A DNA stretch of 64,000 nucleotides from assembly GCF_009914755.1 (NCBI RefSeq), contig NC_060926.1; one strand, given 5' to 3'. Source of the stretch: the human T2T-CHM13v2.0 reference genome, Homo sapiens. The position numbers were made by a program, and so were the translations under genes. The notes beneath the pieces were generated by a model. It worked only from the letters and a program-made list of their open reading frames with translations. It made no database searches and had not been told where the DNA came from. Positions 41,859 to 56,300 of the stretch are shown here, piece after piece; the stretch's first letter is position 1; every line of letters begins with the position of its first letter.

Positions 41859-42590
41859 AATACAGCCATTATGGAAAATGGACTTAAGGTTCCTCAAACA
41901 ATTAAAAATGTAACTACCATATGATCTAGCAATCCTAGTACTTAGTATATATCCAAAGGATATAAAATCAGTATGTTGAAAGGATATCTGCATTCCTATG
42001 TTTGCTGCAGCACTATTCACAATAGCTAAGATATAGAGTCAATCTAAGTGTTCATAAATGAATAAATGGGTAAAGAAAACACGGTGTAAAAATGCAGTAC
42101 ATATATATATAATATAATACACACACACACACACACACACACACAGTGAAATACAATTAGCCTTAAAAAAACAAGACAGTCCTGTTAGTTGCAATAGTAT
42201 GAATGATCCTAAAGAATGTCAAGTTAACTAGCCCAGGCACAGAAAGACAAATACCATTTGATCCCACTTATATGTAGAGTCAAAAAAAGTAGAACTAATG
42301 GAAACAAAGAGTAAAATGGTAGTTACCAGAGGTTGCAGAGTGGGAGATGTTGGTCAAAGAACACAAAATTTCAGTTAGGAGGAATAATTTCAAGCGACAG
42401 ATTGTACATCTTGGTGAGTATAGTTAATAACAATATATTGTAAACTTGGAAATTCCTAAGAGAGTACACTTTAAATGTTCTCACCACAAAAAAATAATGT
42501 GTTTGAGGTAATGCATACATTAAATAGCTTGATCTGGCCACAAAATATAAAAATATCAAACATCCTATTGTATGCCATAATAAAAATTGA
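41859..42590 (+). mobile_element. Old L1M 3' end (host of the L1PA3, right half) with an internal (TA)/(CA)n run
   Basis: TACAGCCATTATGGAAAA...ACTACCATATGATCTAGCAATCC...CTTTAAATGTTCTCACCACAAAAAA. Confidence 0.85.
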
Positions 42591-44849
42591 GAAACTAAGG
42601 ATAAGAATAAATCAAACATAATTAAGAAGATTATTGACTTGAGAAACTTGGTGGCTAGTGGTTCTATGTCCTAAAATAGAGATAACAATGAAAGGAGTAT
42701 ATTTAGCAGGCAAGAGTCTCATATGGAGTATAAGCTGTACTCACAGCTGTACTCACAGAAATATTCAGATATTTCTGTGGAGACTATGGTACCATCAGGC
42801 GTCTGCTAAAACAGTGAAGACACCTCCTCCCTCATTTTTTTGTTTTGGTGTAGGGATTTTCAAAGGGAGTTTTGGAAGTCTGTCTGATAATCTAGGCATA
42901 ATCAAATGTTTTGGCTGTTAATGTCATGTTGTGATTTATCCCCTGATTGTCGAAACCTAGCAAGACAAAGGTTACAAATTGAATGGATGAAAATCATAGC
43001 TGGCCATTAATGAAATTAGAATGTAAGAAAATAGCATGCTACTAAACCTAGTATAATGTCTACTATATAATATCTCCCTCTGAAATTTTTGTTAAATCTA
43101 ACTACAGCCTCAGTGTCCATGTTTCTTGAAAGAGCTGTTTCAAATTACTGGATTTTAATCCCCTCAAAAAACATTATCCATAATTATACCCAGACATCAG
43201 TAATATCATAATTTCTTTCTTGTACATTATTTGACTTCTGTCCTAAGGACAGAATTGGAGACATGGATTGGAGTAAACCATGGCCTGTTCGGGAAATGCA
43301 GCAACTCTGGCTGGGAGTGTGGAGGTGATCCTAGGAAGGGAAGGCAGTGGATAAAGGGTTCCTATGGAGCCACATATCACAGTGGGCAACTGGAACTAAA
43401 ACCCAAGAGAAAATTCTGGAAATGTGCCAAACATGTGCCTCAAATTTAACACAATTCAAGAAGCCAGGAGTCATTGTTTGGGGAATGCTAAGAAGGAGGG
43501 AGAGGAGGATTAATTTCTTGATATTTTCAGTTTCAGCAGAGAATGATAAGAGCCCTCAGGCACAGATGATGTTACTGACAATTGTCAAGCAGCTTGAAAG
43601 ATTTGAGGGGTGTCGGCAGGACATAGTCAGCATCAGCCTCAAATACCCCTTAGTTATAGTCTGCTCTGTCAGCCCCTGCTGCTGCTTTCCAATTTCCTAG
43701 AAATATGTGACACATTTGGTTGGAGACAGTGTTGGAATAGAAAGAGAGATGGATGATAATGAGGGCACACATTGGAATGTTTTTGACCAACGTACCCATG
43801 CTACCAATTTGTGCCTTTCTTCTCAGCAGATTAAAACTGAATTTAGTTGAGTCTTGTGCCTAGTGTTGGTCCTTTGCAGTCCTCTGACAAACACAGGGTG
43901 TGGTCTATGGCCTTCTCAATTTCCCTTTGGCTTTCTTTTCTACCACTGGAAACCCTATTTACCTGAACCCTGAGTACCAAGTGCCCTTATACTGTCCTCT
44001 GGTTGCCATTAAGTTTTTTCCACAGACCTAAACATCTTAGACTTCCCAATGCTCTGAGATTACATTGTTTCATGCCTTCCTCCCTCCTATTCAATCTCCT
44101 ATTCTGTCAGTGCCTCAACTAAGAAACAATAGAACAAACTGAATGATACTAAAGTGCACATAAAAAGACACGTATATTAATTCCAAACATCTACAAATTA
44201 ATTCAAAGCCATTAATCTCTCAGATCATAGGAGAGCAGTGTGACAAGCCAGGGAGAGAGATATTTAAGGGGACAGAAGTTTTCCTAGCACCTCTCAAAAC
44301 ATCCTGTGAACTCATAATTCATACATTCAAATCTGATTCTATCTACTCATATTCTGATCTATGAAAATGTCCTAGGATAGAATTTCAGGTTGTTAAATGC
44401 AGACTCTGGTGCTCTCCATTCTAGAACAATACCATTTAGATAATTTATTTCTTTGTGAAATATTATTATATTCCAGCAGTGCACTCTGGTGAAACTAGCC
44501 TTTTAAAATGCTAATTATTCATTTCAAAATGATCCCTGGGTTCCAGTTTGCCTGAGAGTGTATTTCCTAGGAGGAGTAACAAATTCTATGCATGAGTTTT
44601 GCCGAATCAGTGCAGCGTACGTAATGCTCAGTAACTTAACCCTCAATTTTCCAATCTCTTCTGAAAAGGCAGAAAGAGCTTCACAATTATATGTACTGTC
44701 AATGAGGGACAGCTCCTGGAACTTGCACTCCTCCCTGACCTCTGCCATCTTCCTGCTCACCTCTTGTTTCTCCCCCACAGAAATGGTGTCATCTTTCCAT
44801 TTGTAATATTTCTCTGTCAATTTTTCTTTTAAGAAAGCATTAAAAAAGG

Positions 44850-45068
44850 ATGACTAAGAGGAACACCAAACATTTTAGGGCAATAAAACTTACTCTGTAT
44901 GATACTATAATGGTGGATACACGTCATTACACACTTGCCAAGAGAATGTACAGCACGGAGAGTGAACTCCAATGTTCACTCCTTAGTTAATCATAATGCA
45001 TCAATATTGATTCTTCTATTGTAACAAATATACTACACAAATTCAAGATGTTAAAAATAAGGGAAGTT
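44850..45068 (+). mobile_element. Old L1 (L1MB/MC-like) 3' UTR fragment
   Basis: ACTCTGTATGATACTATAATGGTGGATACACGTCATTAC...TTGTAACAAATATACTACAC. Confidence 0.65.
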
Positions 45069-46929
45069 GAGGTAGTTGCTGAGAAGGTTTTTTGTTTGTT
45101 TTGTTTTTTTCTGAAGCATCATTTCTCAGTTTAATTCCTTATTGAATATCAGCAAGTTTTAGAGGTCAAACAAGATAAAATATCTAAGTTATTTATTGCA
45201 ATAATTCACATTACCTTTTTGGAAAGATACAAAATATATCAGGATATGTCCAGTCTCTTACTGTAAGGCAAGAGGAAAATTTTTATCCTTGCAACTTTAT
45301 TTGTATTAATTTTCTCTTTTGTAAAGAACTCCATTCCTTTAGACATTAGTAATGAGAAATAATTTGTGGAATCGAACACATGGTAAAAATTCATTTTATT
45401 TAATAATGGCACAGTATACCAGCTAGGAGCCTTTCTCTAGTGACAGACAACTTGTTTAAAGAATAGCTTATCTTTAAACATCCTGTTTATATCCTCTCTA
45501 TACTTAATGTCTCTATTTACAAAACAGAGAAATCCATACGGCCTGTCATAGTACTGCATTTGTTGTGATAATTAAATGAGATATGTTGAGCACAGTTTCA
45601 GGCACAGCATAGACATAAATGTAAAATATTTATCTAATATAATTATTATATTATCATAACGTCACATAGCATTTGGTTATTCATGCTTGAAAGATACAAA
45701 GATACTCTTTTCTATGACAATGTGCTAATTAAAGACATACATCTGTGTTCTGCCACCCCTTAGCAGTAAATAACAACTGTCATCATTTCCAAAGAAATAC
45801 ATGTGAAATGTTAGTGATAACTAAACAGCGTACTCATAAACTGGTCACAGTACATCATTTTATCCAGCATTTCCACAGTTGTGAACTAGCATAATGTAAT
45901 ATGCTAGTGATACATCCTGGGAAATCCACCAACCTATTAGAGACTTGCTGTGTAATCATTTAATTATTTCTTTTAACAAATATATACAGTACTTCCTCTA
46001 TGCCAATCACCATTCTAAAAGCCGGAATGCAGCAGCAGCAAGATGTAAACAATTCTACCCTCATGAAATTTATAATCCAGAAAGAAAGGGAGACAATAAA
46101 AATTAATTATTTAATTACAATTGTGATGAGCCATTAAAGTACAGAATTTGAATAGGGTAAATAATAAGGGGTGCTAACCTCTCTGAAAGGGTAATGTGGT
46201 TAGGCAAAACTTAGCCCCATAAAATGTACTTTACAATTCACTACTTCATTAAATCATGTTAAAATAATAATTTTCAAGTTTGGCACTTACTACCTTTATG
46301 ATTTTTGGCTAAGTTACTTAAATACCTCTGGCCTCAATTCTCTTGTTTATAAAACAGAGATAATAATATTTATTTAAGTGGACACTGTGATGACTAGGAA
46401 AGAAAGTGTGCAAATTACTGGCCAATAGTAAATATTGAGTATCTATTTACATCTTAAAAACATAGCTGTTGTCTACTCTTAGTATCTGACATTTAGATGT
46501 AAAAATATTGGATGTTATTGTAATCAATCTAAACTTTATAAATGTTTAATTTCTAGGTAATTGTAGTTTATATTTTCTCATGCTGAATAGGAGTGTGACA
46601 TTTGTGTGTATGCACATGTGTGTGCATGCACATTTTGGGGTGACTTCTGCTTCACTGATTGTAGAAGGAGATTCCAAAATTATTGAATCTTATACAACTT
46701 TCACCATTGTAAATGAATTATTATATAGCAATGAAGTGAAACTGGACTAAACTATTGAACATGAATACCTGGTTGATTCTGAGACACACACACTCCCTGA
46801 GACACTGGTCAAGTGTCACCTATGTACAAATATGGAGCATTGGCATCCTAACGTGGAAAAGTGATGCATGATTCCAAAGCAGTTGTGAGTATATCCAAAG
46901 GCAGCAAGGCTCTCTCTTAATGTAAAGAT

Positions 46930-47290
<361 letters not shown>

Positions 47291-50153
47291 TTAAGACAGC
47301 CCACAAAGTTTTGTTGTTGTTATTTTGATAATGACATCCCTTTAGGATTCTCAATTTATAGAAAAATGGGGGAAAATATTTTCCCCAGGGTCAGTTATAC
47401 GTCTGTAAGTGCACTCACAACTTTTAGAGAAATGACAGAAAATTTCTCTGGCTGTAGGGTTTAAACAGTTGTCATGTCTTTAATTATGAGATTTAGAAAA
47501 TAATTTGAAAAAAATTGAAAATGACTTTTCTAGAAAAGGCCTATATAAAATAGAATTGTTAAATGCAAGCTCTATCACGGTTGCTGCAGGCAGAGGGAGA
47601 TTATGCTGAAGCAAGGATGCAGGTTAGTGTTGATTTCACCTGGAGAGCCATCAGCCACCTTTGCTTTGCCCCATTTTCAATCCCTGCATCACAGCCTTCC
47701 CTTTACTGGCAAATATTTTCAGACAGATTTTGAAAGCAAGCTGAGTGAAAGTGGATTACAATTCAGTCTGTCCCCAATTTTCTGATTCACAGAAATTTAA
47801 CACAGAAATGTGTCAAAGTGATGTTAGAGCAGAAAATGTCAAATAATAATGAAAATAGTTTTTAAAAGTGATCATTGAACCTGTTGAGAGGAAAGGTCTG
47901 ATTAAGAATCGCACAAAATATAAATCTAGTTTCTTTGGAAGAGATATGCGGGGGACAGAAATTGGAAATTACTCAGTTAATGGAAAATAAAAATAAAAAT
48001 GTAGTATATTTTCATTTCAGTTTGATCCTTGAGAGCTTCATTGACGTAGACACTCCTTGGCTTCCTGCAGAGTTAGATCATTTACATCCTTCTTCTTAAC
48101 ATCTTTTGCCGGCTAACCATTTCAAAATTACAGCTAAATTGAAAGCACTGTCTGTTATTTGCTGTATACTGGAACTCAGATCTCCCCTTGGAGAGCTCTA
48201 AGCTCATTCAATGAGGCATAGCGCTTAATTTCATTTGCAGAGTTTCTGCTACTCAACTTTCCACAAATTAAATGAGATCATTCATTGCTTCCCTTATAGG
48301 CTAATGGGACTTATATTGTTTGTCCACATTTAATGTCCTAATGTCTCAGTTTCATAGTTTAATGTTTAATAACAAATCAGTGATGGAATTGAACGTACTG
48401 TAAAATAGAAATCCTTAAGTTTATTACTTTCCTGTGGCTCTGTGGAACCTTAGACCTCTTCTAGCTCAGAGAGTTGCAAACAGATACCTACAGGGGCCAG
48501 GAAGGCTATCAATATGTGAACTGAACTTGAAATAAGAGAATAGAGCGGATTGGGTTCTATGATGACTTGAAGAAAAAGTTTGCTATTTTAAGGAATGAAA
48601 ATAAGCATCAAGAAAAAATATGTACAGCACACATTCAATTCTATGGATAAAATTTGTCCTAAAGCTCACAAGTTTTGTAATTTGGTCTTACCTACCTTTC
48701 CTATGCTATACTTTAGGAAATAACCAAGGAGCAAAAGTGATTTAATTAATTACCAAATTCATTTATGATTCCCAGTATAGTGTTTGAACAACTACACCAA
48801 CACGGTCTCTGTACTTGGGATGAATTGCACACATTTATCATTGTGACCTGATACAAGAAGACAATGTGAACGTTAAAGGAAAATAAAGACTGACATTGGA
48901 TTAAGGTAAAGAGAAAAACAGCAGGAATCAGTGTGCATAGTATATTAAATAAGCAAAATAAGTAATTGAAAGTTGATCATTCATAAGGGTTGTCAGGAGA
49001 GCCACTGTAGTTTAGATGATTCAACTAATTAAAGTAGAAGTGTCCACTATAAAATGAGAACAGACAAGCCAGTAGGAGTATAAGACAGACTGAAAATTAC
49101 AGTCTTTGTTTTTTTCTATCTTGGTTTTAAGCCTAAGACTAAATGGCAGGCATTTTTAAGCAGCCAAACTACAAACTAAACTGGCAGTCAGAAAGTATAT
49201 TTATATACTGTATGTGGCTTTGGTAATTATTTGGAGTATGATGCTTCTTTATGAATTCAGAATTTGGAAAATAATGATACAGCACTTCCATAAATTATTA
49301 TAAACAGTGAAAATTATTTGGAGACATAGGAAAACACAATTTTCTGTTTCTTGTGAAGGAGAAAAGGCAAATCCAAGCTTGCCAGCTCATGTGAGCAAGA
49401 TTAGAAAAAAGAGCAATGATCCTGGGAATACATTATGTTTATGCCTACAGGATGATTTTATGACGTTAGTTCTTGTGTGAAATTATGCCAATTCCTGGTA
49501 TTCAGTAAAAAGGAAAAACATGCTAATAAAATAAGCTGTTTCATATATTGTTGTTTTCATGTTCTGGGTTTCACTAAGAGCTAAGACACTTCTTAGAATA
49601 TTAATACTTTTTGAATACAGATTCACAATTATCTTTGTTTCTTTAGAAATAATTTACCCTTTTGGCCAGCGTAATGCACTAAAAAATATGTAACTAAACT
49701 AAAAAATATGTAAAACACTTTGCATGGGTGACATTTAGCTAGGGTTTTCAAATTTGTCATTTTTAACTCCAGGATATGTTCTGAACGATATGTTTCAGTT
49801 GTCTTACAAAAATCGTTTTATCGAATGAAAAAAACAGGCAGGAAAATCTCTTTCATATCTGGCACTGTAAAAAGAAACTTTCTGGGCACAGATTCATTGT
49901 TTATGAATAACCAGACCTATCTAAAATCAGGAACTCTTTTTTTATGTGAAACTGAAGAAAGTAAATGAGGTGCTATTCCTTTGTAAAGCTAGGTGAAGTG
50001 GATCAGATTAGCAGGTGTAATTTAGATGATTCAGCTAATTAAGGAAAACGTGTTTTATATGAAAGGAATATTTTGCATGAAAGAAACAGGTAAGATTGAA
50101 GGACTTAGGCAGGGCTGAAAGCATAAGTCGTAGTGTCAATATATCCTTTGGAA

Positions 50154-50530
50154 CAGGGGTCCCGAAACCCTGGTCCACAGACCGGTACCAGTCCATGGCT
50201 TGTTAGGAACTGGCCACACAGCAGGAGAGCGGCAGGAGACCTAGTAAAGCTTCATCGTTATTTACAGCCACTGCCCATCACTCACATTACCGCCTGAGCT
50301 CCGCCTCCTGTCAGATCAGCGGGGCATTAGATTCTTATAGGAGTGTGAGCCCTATTGTGAACTGCACATGATGCAAGGGATCTAGGTTGTATGCTCCTTA
50401 TGAGACTGTAACTAACACCCTATCATCTGAGGTGGAGCAGTTTCATACCAAAACCATCCTCCCACCCGACTCGTGGAAAAATTGTCTTCCGCAAAATCTG
50501 TCCCTGGTGTCAAAAAGGTGGGAACTGCCG
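50154..50530 (+). mobile_element. MER1 (hAT-Charlie) non-autonomous DNA transposon
   Basis: CAGGGGTCCC...CTCCGCCTCCTGTCAGATCAGC...AAAAAGGTGGGAACTGCCG, with an imperfect 8-bp TSD CTTTGGAA / TTTTAGAA. Confidence 0.88.
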
Positions 50531-52084
50531 TTTTAGAAGATGGTTCAGATGGAAAAAAGAGGCTACACGTTCGTCTGTCCCAGAAGTAAACTGCCAGAGA
50601 GCTGACCTAATATTCAGAGATTTTAAAAGCTTCTCAAAGCACTTGATATCATGAATAATGGGGAGGATAGTGATTTTAATAGATTTAGTACCTACATTTT
50701 AATATTTGAATATAAACTGAAAACTAACTTTTAAACAGAGTGATGACTGTGACCTCAAAGAATGCAAAACTGGGAAAAAATATGATGTTTAGAGAAATTT
50801 TGATACTAGATGCTCTGTTAGAACTTAGCAACATTTACTGGTTAATTTTGTTTCTGGTAATACTTGCATGCCAAAGATGATTTTCTAGGGTAACTCTTTT
50901 CTGTTCTTCTAATGAGTCAATTGTTTAATAGGCCAAGCTCTCTTTCTTGCTCTTTAGCTGGACAAAATTACTTGGTGAGGTAGCACATTGAAAACTGTAT
51001 TATCCAGTCTCACATACTCCTAAAAGACTTTTCATGCATCCTTTCTGCACTTTTCCCTTGGTGAAGTGAGTTTCACTACTGAGAAAGTAATCAAATGCTA
51101 AATCATGAAATTAGTTATCCACGGATTTAAACCTTCTACAGAATACTCGCATTTTCAAATATTATGTTTAAGTCAAATGGCTTCTTAATTGTTAGCATAA
51201 GTACAGAAATCAAGAAAACACATGTATTTTTAGAGGGGAGTGGGGACTTGCTTGTTCTGGGACACCATACTTCATTATAAAATTTCCAGAAGAAATGAAA
51301 TCTGTGAATTGGCATAAGTAATTAAAAATATTTCTAAACTCTGCCCAATAGATTGTTTTGTATTTTTTTATTTTAAATTTATTATAAATGTATGCATAAA
51401 TTTACAGTGGATTGTAAACTCTTTGAAGTCAGGTTTTGCATTTTATTTCCCACAGTAGACCCATTCCTAGCACAGTGCCTGGTAGCTAGACTGTATTGAT
51501 AAATATTTTCTAAATAAAATAATAAATATGCTCTATAGAAAACAATGAGTTTTGGATCAATACTTATATGATTTTCTAAATCATGAATTTCTAGGCTTTA
51601 TTATCTTAATTCGATGCTAAGTTATAAAGACATGGTGTACACAGTAATTTACTGGCTTTTCTAGGGCATTCCCTAAAACTAAGTTTCTGTATAGTTCAAG
51701 TGACAGAAACATCATACTTGGTAGAGAAAAATCACCTTAATTTTTGTATAACCCCTGAGGAAACCGCAGACTAAAAAATAGATATTCTTGACCTCTTCAA
51801 TGACCCCCATAATAATTTGAAATACCATGGTCATAATTCAATCACATACCTTCTTGAGTGATATCTGATTATAATAATGGTACTTGCTTTATGTTCTAAG
51901 ATAAGATTTGGTTTTCTTCTAGGTTTAATAGTCCACATTTATCTCTAGGAATATGATATGAAAAAATAAAAATGTTAAAAAGCCAACAATTATTAATTAA
52001 GTGCCTATGCTAGGTGCACCGAGACTACAAAAGAACTTGTACTCTAGTCCTTTAGGATTTTGTAATATGATGGGAAAACCAAGA

Positions 52085-52141
52085 GGTGTGTGTATGTGTG
52101 TGTACGCGCATGCACGTGCATGTGTGTGTACATGTATGTGT
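52085..52141. repeat. (TG)/(CA)-rich alternating purine-pyrimidine tract
   Basis: GTGTGTGTATGTGTGTGTACGCGCATGCACGTGCATGTGTGTGTACATGTATGTG. Confidence 0.8.
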
Positions 52142-52922
52142 TGTTAATGAAAATACTAGGATATACATTAAGCGATAAACAAAAGACCCATAAAAAAGAA
52201 GTCAGATATAGCAAGTATAGCTTCTTAATCTACATCACTTTTCTGCTTTTAAATTCTAGTAGATACAACTCATCCCATGATACTGGAGTGGAATCTAAGA
52301 ATTGTTCTTTGATTCTCAAAAGACGTTAATAGTCTTCAACATAGTTTAGGCAGGAAAAATTGTTTGCAGGCAATAAAAATCTACTCAGCCAAAGATGAAA
52401 GGATTTATTATTTTAAAAATGTATATTTTTAAATTTTAAAGAAATACAGAACAACTAAATGTCAGTAAGCCTGGAAAACAACAGAGCTCTAGGGAGTTCA
52501 GCTGCAGGAGTTCATGGACTTTTACTCTAATGATCTTCTATTACCTCAGCTAGCAACTTATTAAGTTTCTGCATATCTTAGTTCAAATTCTCAAAAGGGA
52601 ATCTGATTAATTCAGATTAGTTTATGGATTAGTTCCTCTGGGGTTGGATAGCTTCTCTTGGCTCAATCAGCCATGTCAGGGGAATGACATTGCTAATGAA
52701 GGATAAACAACAGGAAACAAGATATTTCTCTAGTAGAGATATTTATGATGCTGGTCCATATTTATTTACATGTAAATGTATAATATAAAACAAACTACAT
52801 GGATATTAATAAAATGTAATTACCTTATTCTAAGACAGTATATTTATAAGCACATTGTTGTTTTTACTTCTGTATATTCAACACAGAAGTAAGCCAAAAA
52901 ATTGCTTAAGTCAAACCCCTGG

Positions 52923-53334
52923 TGATACAGTTTAAATGTCTGTCCCCTCCAAATTTCATGTTGAAATGTGATACCCATTGTTGGAGGTAGGGCCTGGTGG
53001 GACGTGTTTGGGTCATGGGAGTGGATCCCTCTTGAATGGCTTGGTGCTATCCTTCAGTAATGAATGAGTTCTCACTCTATCACTTCATGCAAGTGCTGGT
53101 TGTTTAAAAGAGCCTGGCACCATCTCCCCTTTCTTTTGTTCCTTCTCTTGCCATGTGATATGCTGACTCCCCCTTTGCCATGACTGTCAGCTTCCTGAGG
53201 CCTTACCAGAAGCTGAGAAGATGCTGGTGCCATGTTTGTACAGCCTGCAGAACTGTGAACCAAATAAACCTCTTTTCTTTATAAATTACCCAGCCTCAGA
53301 TATTCCTTTATAGCAACACAGTTAGACTAACACA
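52923..53334 (+). mobile_element. MST (MaLR) solo LTR
   Basis: TGATACAGTTTAAATGTCTGTCCCCTCCAAATTTCATGTTGAAATG...AATAAACCTCTTTTCTTTATAAATTACCCAG...GACTAACACA, with TSD CCTGG / CCGGG. Confidence 0.9.
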
Positions 53335-56300
53335 CCGGGTATCCTTCTTGACTGGTTCCCTTAATTTTCCTACACTTCTGATCAGTCACCAAATCCCTGT
53401 TTCTCTATGCCCTAAATGACATTATATTGAAATCACCTTTCCATAAGTGATACTTTTCTGCCATATTATATAATCCATGGAGTAATTGATTTATATTTGG
53501 CTTTTTCATCTCTGGTATCTAGCACAATGCTTAGCACCATTAGCCCTGACTGACTGCAGCTTTGTGAGATCTGAACACAGGGAATTTTGCTAAACTGTAT
53601 CCCCGAAACTGTGAGATAATAAATGTGTGTTATTTTAAGCTTCTAAGTTTGTGGTAATAATTGCTAGGCAACAATAGATAATTAACACAGTCAACTTTTT
53701 TCTTTCTGCATAAGATTTTTAAAAATAATGACAAAGTCTCATTTTAAATTCTAAATCTATGGTTTTATTTTCTACAATGTAGTATTGACTGCACGTAGAA
53801 CACAAAAACGGTGGAATGAGTCAACAAGATGAGGACAGTTGTGGGTAAATCCTTAAAATTTTTCTTTCGATTCTTTTTTTTGCCTCTCCACCATTGTCTA
53901 GGACTGATGTTGTAGGTTATAACCCTAAACTGTTTCAGTTAAAAAAAACCTTGTTGTTTTAGTTAGGAATCATTACTGAATCACTGTTTAGCTTCTACAT
54001 CACACTTCTGCAGTTTTTAATCTTTTCTATAAGATGCCCTGAAAGTATCAGGTGCCCTGTTTTTGTTTCAAATCCAGATCCACCTACCATAGGTACTTCC
54101 TTATTCCAGGAACAGAAGCAGCATTATATTCCCACTTATAAAGTAGTAGATAGTATGGTTCCAAATCTGCAAAGTTTTGTATTGATATAACAGAGATGAT
54201 TCAAAATTATAGTTTCCTCTTGACATTTCAGGGACCATGATATCCTGAAATATCTAAGAGATGCTGAAATCTGGAAGAAACCCACTCTAACCAGCTGGAG
54301 TAATGGGGTGTGTGGGAAAATGAATTTTACCACCCATATACTCCAACGAAATTACAAAACTGCATAAGGCATGATGAAATAAAACTGGAGAAGTAGTAGT
54401 CTAATGTGTAAAAAACTTTCCTGATTATTCATTCATCACTGTCATATCAGAGCAGGAGCTTCTGAAACCATGCATTGGCCTCTCCTCATCAGGAGATAAT
54501 AATCTTACAGGTGGCTGAGTTCTTCCTCTTTCTCTGCTCCTGGAGTTACCTAAGTCCACATATGCATCAGGTCTCCACACTCTTCTGGAATTTTTGCCTC
54601 TGGGATTGCCAGGAACCCCTCAGACAGCCTTAAAATAAGGCTGAGGCTTTGAGGCATCATCATGAGAGGCCTTGAGCTTTGTGATAAGCTGTCTCAGAAC
54701 ACCCAGGAGAGCATTTAGCTGTTAAAAGCAAGACAGTCAAGTAATTGAAAATTGATCAAAATGGAGTAATTCTCTACTCAGAGTAAGCCTAGACTGCATA
54801 AGACAAGGAAGCAGAGGACATGTACTTTAAATTAAGAACCCTAGTCTAGCAAGAGATATTGTGTTGACACTAAGATTTCAATTTGTGTATGTGTAAGCAA
54901 CTCTGCTTTTATATGTGAGATAATCTTTGTTTTAAAGAAAAAGGATCTGCTTCCTTAAAAAGAAGTTTGGGTGCTATGGTTCATAAAACACATTTTACAC
55001 ATTTATTGAATTTTCAAATGTGTTAAGATATCTTAGGGTATCAAGAATTATTATTTGGAAGGAGACCTGCAAACAAACAAAAACATTAAATACTTTATTG
55101 TAAACACAATGATTTTATTGTAAAAGGTAAAAAAACTTGTAGCTAAATAATTTGCCAGAGTGTATATTTCTAACAAGAAGGACAGAATGACTCCATGAAC
55201 TTATCTATATATGCAACTAAAAGTTCCAAAAATTATCTATTTTAAAGCCAATAATAATTATTTTTCTAAATAGTGTCAAGCTTATAAAGAAATTCAACTT
55301 TGTCTTCATGATAGAACATAAGCAGGAAATAAATAATTGCCTAAGGTTAGAGGTATTTAAAAAAGTATTTGATAATTTTAATGTTTTTCTATTTTTTTGA
55401 AATATGTCAAGTTTGTTTTAGAGATTTAAAAAGGCAACTTTGGGTAAAGTCTTAAGAAGAGGTAAAATATATAATGAAACAGAAATGTAATGTTTAATTT
55501 AAAAAATAATTTTATGATTATTTTCGCATAATGATAAATGCAGTTACTACACACAGAATTATTAATTTGTGTCATGCACTCTTTTTTCTGACTAATTTTT
55601 CATTTGTGTACCAAAATCAATAGCTAAACATTTATATAAATATAAGATAAAACACAAAAGAGAAAATGTGACTATCAGCATGTAACAATTATAAAATCTA
55701 GTGTTTTCTATGAATGAGTTTTAATGAAAGGGATAATCTAAATTTTTCTTATTGTATAAAAATTGTATTTGAAATATCTAGGACAGTTTCAAGGTATAAG
55801 TCATATATATTTTTGCAACAGTGCTTTAATAATTTAATTACTTTCTTCTTGATACATTCTGTTTTTATTTATCTAATATTTCAATTGACTTTTAGATTAA
55901 ATTTGTACAACATTTTAGTAATAGATATATTGAAATTTTTCATTAGACTAGCTATAATTCAAAAGGGTTCTAGTTATGTATTTGCAGAATCATGAAATGC
56001 AAAATAGGATCTCAGGCAAATTTTCAAAAATCATTTTTGTATGTAGAGTGACTTACTAATATAGCATTTCAAGGTACTAGATATCTTCCTCAAAATCACC
56101 CTGGAATAAAATAAAGAATTGAAAGATACTAAATGATAATACTATCCGGGAATTAAATGTATAAATTTGCTAGCCTTGGCATAATAGTGCACAGCAAGAT
56201 ATATTAAGGCTGTAAGGGAATATTATGTCTTATAAAAAGAAAATGAGATTTAAGGTTATTAAAGTGAGAAAGATAAATATCAAAACAGATTTTGCAAAGT

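Noticed and set aside
44524-44820. 98-codon minus-strand ORF overlapping a strong plus-strand polypyrimidine/CAG acceptor (44780) and a minus-strand GAG|GTGAGC donor
   Set aside because: It has a non-ATG start, no recognisable homology and no matched partner splice site, so it cannot be supported as an exon.
45453-45480. Inverted repeat TGTTTAAAGA...TCTTTAAACA
   Set aside because: Short AT-rich arms, plausibly chance.
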